Shown piece after piece: positions 62,085 to 64,000 of a stretch of DNA of 64,000 nt (within the stretch, counting starts at the first letter, position 1; the number at the start of each line of letters is the position of its first letter). Below the pieces are notes generated by a model that saw nothing but the letters and a program-made list of their open reading frames with translations, searched no databases and was not told where the DNA came from. This DNA comes from Eledone cirrhosa (taxonomy: Eukaryota), in the NCBI GenBank assembly GCA_964016885.1, contig OZ024744.1, positions 60,264,001 to 60,328,000 on the forward strand, written 5' to 3'. Made by a program: the position numbers and the translations under genes.

Positions 62085-64000
62085 TGGAGAGTCTGAGCAC
62101 TCACAATGACAAAGATAAATTCACCTCCCGTCTCCGGACAAGTATGATGTTTGTTGTGTACAAGAGACTAGGTGGAGGGGTGGATATGCTAGATTCATTG
62201 CAGGTAAAAAAACAATGCTATAAACTTTTCTGGAAGGGATGTGATAACAGGCTGGGTGGAGTATGAATTATGTTATCAGAAAAATGGGTAGATAAGGTAA
62301 TTGCTGTAAATAGAGTGAATGACAGAATAATTAAAATAAGACTAGTTCTAAATAGAACAACTGTGTCAATAATATCTGCATCTTTCTTGGTGCTTTTGAC
62401 AGTAAGGAAGAGCAATTTGAGACGTACAATCTAGAGCAACAAAGGGAATTCCTGAAAGTTTATCTGCTGAAGGTAATGGATGAAATCTGTGGCTGGAGCA
62501 GACCTTTAGGCAAGAGGAGAGTAACATAGTGGTGGAACAGTAAAGTGGAGGAGTCAATCAAGGGCAAAAGCAGGCTTGGAAAGAATAGCAGGATGGTGGT
62601 AGTAGAGAACACTATCAGGTGGCCAGGAGAGAAGCTAGGCAACAAGTGTACTTTGCAAAAAGGGAAGCAGAGGATAGAAAATTCAAGCATATTCTACAAT
62701 GCAAGGACCAAAAACGTGAGGTGTTCAGGATTCTTGTGATATTCTTGGGAGACATGTGTCCAGAATGATGATGGTATACTTGCCTTCACTGATACTGATA
62801 AGAAGGTAGCTTGAAAGTAGACTACTAAATGAGGAGAATGAATGAGATAAAGATAGTCTGCCCCAAATCGATCCAATAGAGGGACCAGTGTGCAAGTAAA
62901 TGGTAGTATAAGGCAAAGAGATGAAGACAGGCAAGGCAGCTTGGCCTTCGGTGATAGTTGAAAGCATCTGGAATGGTGGGACATACTATGGTCACCTGGA
63001 TAGTAAACCAAGTAATACAGAATGGAGTCATACCAAATGGGATAGCAACAGCATTGTCAACTGCTACAAGGGCTAAGTTAGTTGACCAGGTCATGAAGGT
63101 CACAGAAATAGTTATTGCACAACTGATTAGAGATCAAATTTATCTAGATGAAATGCAGTTTGGGTTTGTGTCAGGTAAAAGTACCAGATGCTCTCTTCCT
63201 TGTACGGCAACTACAGAAGTACCTTGCTAAAAGTAAACCCCTCTTAGATTTTGTTGACTTGGAGAAAACATTTGAGAGATTCCCCCGCTCCTTAATCTGG
63301 TGGGCTCTTAGAAAACTAGTAGATGAGTGGCATGTGAGAGCTATACAAGCCATGTATTGAGGAACAGTCAGCAAGGTTAGAATTAACAATGAATATAGTG
63401 AAGAATTTAGCATAAAAGTAGGTGTTCACCAAGGCTCCGTCCTTAGACCCCTCCTGTTTATTACTACCCTACAAGCAATAACAGAAGAGTTTAAGACTGG
63501 CTGCCCATGGGAACTTCTATACGCAGCTGATCTAACTCTCATAGCTGAATCTATGTCTGAACTAGAGAAGAAATTCTAAACATGGAAGTATGGCCTAGAA
63601 ACAAAACGCCTTAAAGTCAACTTGTCTAAGACTAAAGTTATAGTATGTAGAAAGGAGAATAGGGCACAGGTGCCCTCTGGGAAATGGCTATGCTCAGTGT
63701 GTAAGAAAGGAGTAGGTAGAAATTCCATTTTAGGTCCCAAATGCAAACTATGGGTACATAAAAGATGTAGTGAGATCACAGGTAAGCTACCTAAGAATTT
63801 TATATGTGGCCGATGCTCAGGTGCAGTAAGTAGCGTGTGCCTACTGGATACTAGCTCCTTCAACTGCCCAGATGGTTCTATAGAAATAGTAGACACTTTC
63901 TGTTACCTGGGTGACAAAATCAGTAGTGGTGGAGGGTGTTCTGAAAGTATACTAGCCAGAGTTAGAGCGGGATGGAAAAAGTTCAGAGAGCTAATACTGT
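62085..64000 (+). mobile_element. Older, heavily decayed RTE LINE running off the window end
   Basis: VIAVNRVNDRIIKIRLV, LDEMQFGFV, FVDLEKTF, GVHQGSVLRPLLF, GCPWELLYAAD and FCYLGD…GWKKFREL. Confidence 0.85.

Overview
Eukaryotic, AT-rich, microsatellite-dense and almost entirely transposon-derived DNA. The SINE and RTE-LINE types suggest an octopod cephalopod, but this is inference. I could not identify any host gene or RNA gene, and most ORF-track entries are microsatellite or antisense noise. The window holds several decayed RTE-clade LINEs, CRE-like RLE LINE fragments, Penelope-like remnants with hammerhead-ribozyme pseudo-LTRs in fold-back orientation, autonomous-type and non-autonomous Helitrons, at least 7 copies of a Nin/Deu-domain-type SINE, and a 200-N assembly gap. 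The main structure is a three-level nest. A decayed Helitron (~44.2-60.1 kb) is split by a CsRn1-clade Ty3/Gypsy element A (44836-55999, TSD GTGC). A is itself split by a related, very young element B (48515-54014, TSD GACT, apparently identical 226-bp LTRs, uninterrupted 1059-codon pol). A and B share a -1 frameshift signal, non-CA LTR ends, imperfect tRNA-Trp PBSs and no obvious polypurine tract. The RTE LINEs carry a PHD-like finger inside the RT domain. Coordinates of decayed elements are approximate.
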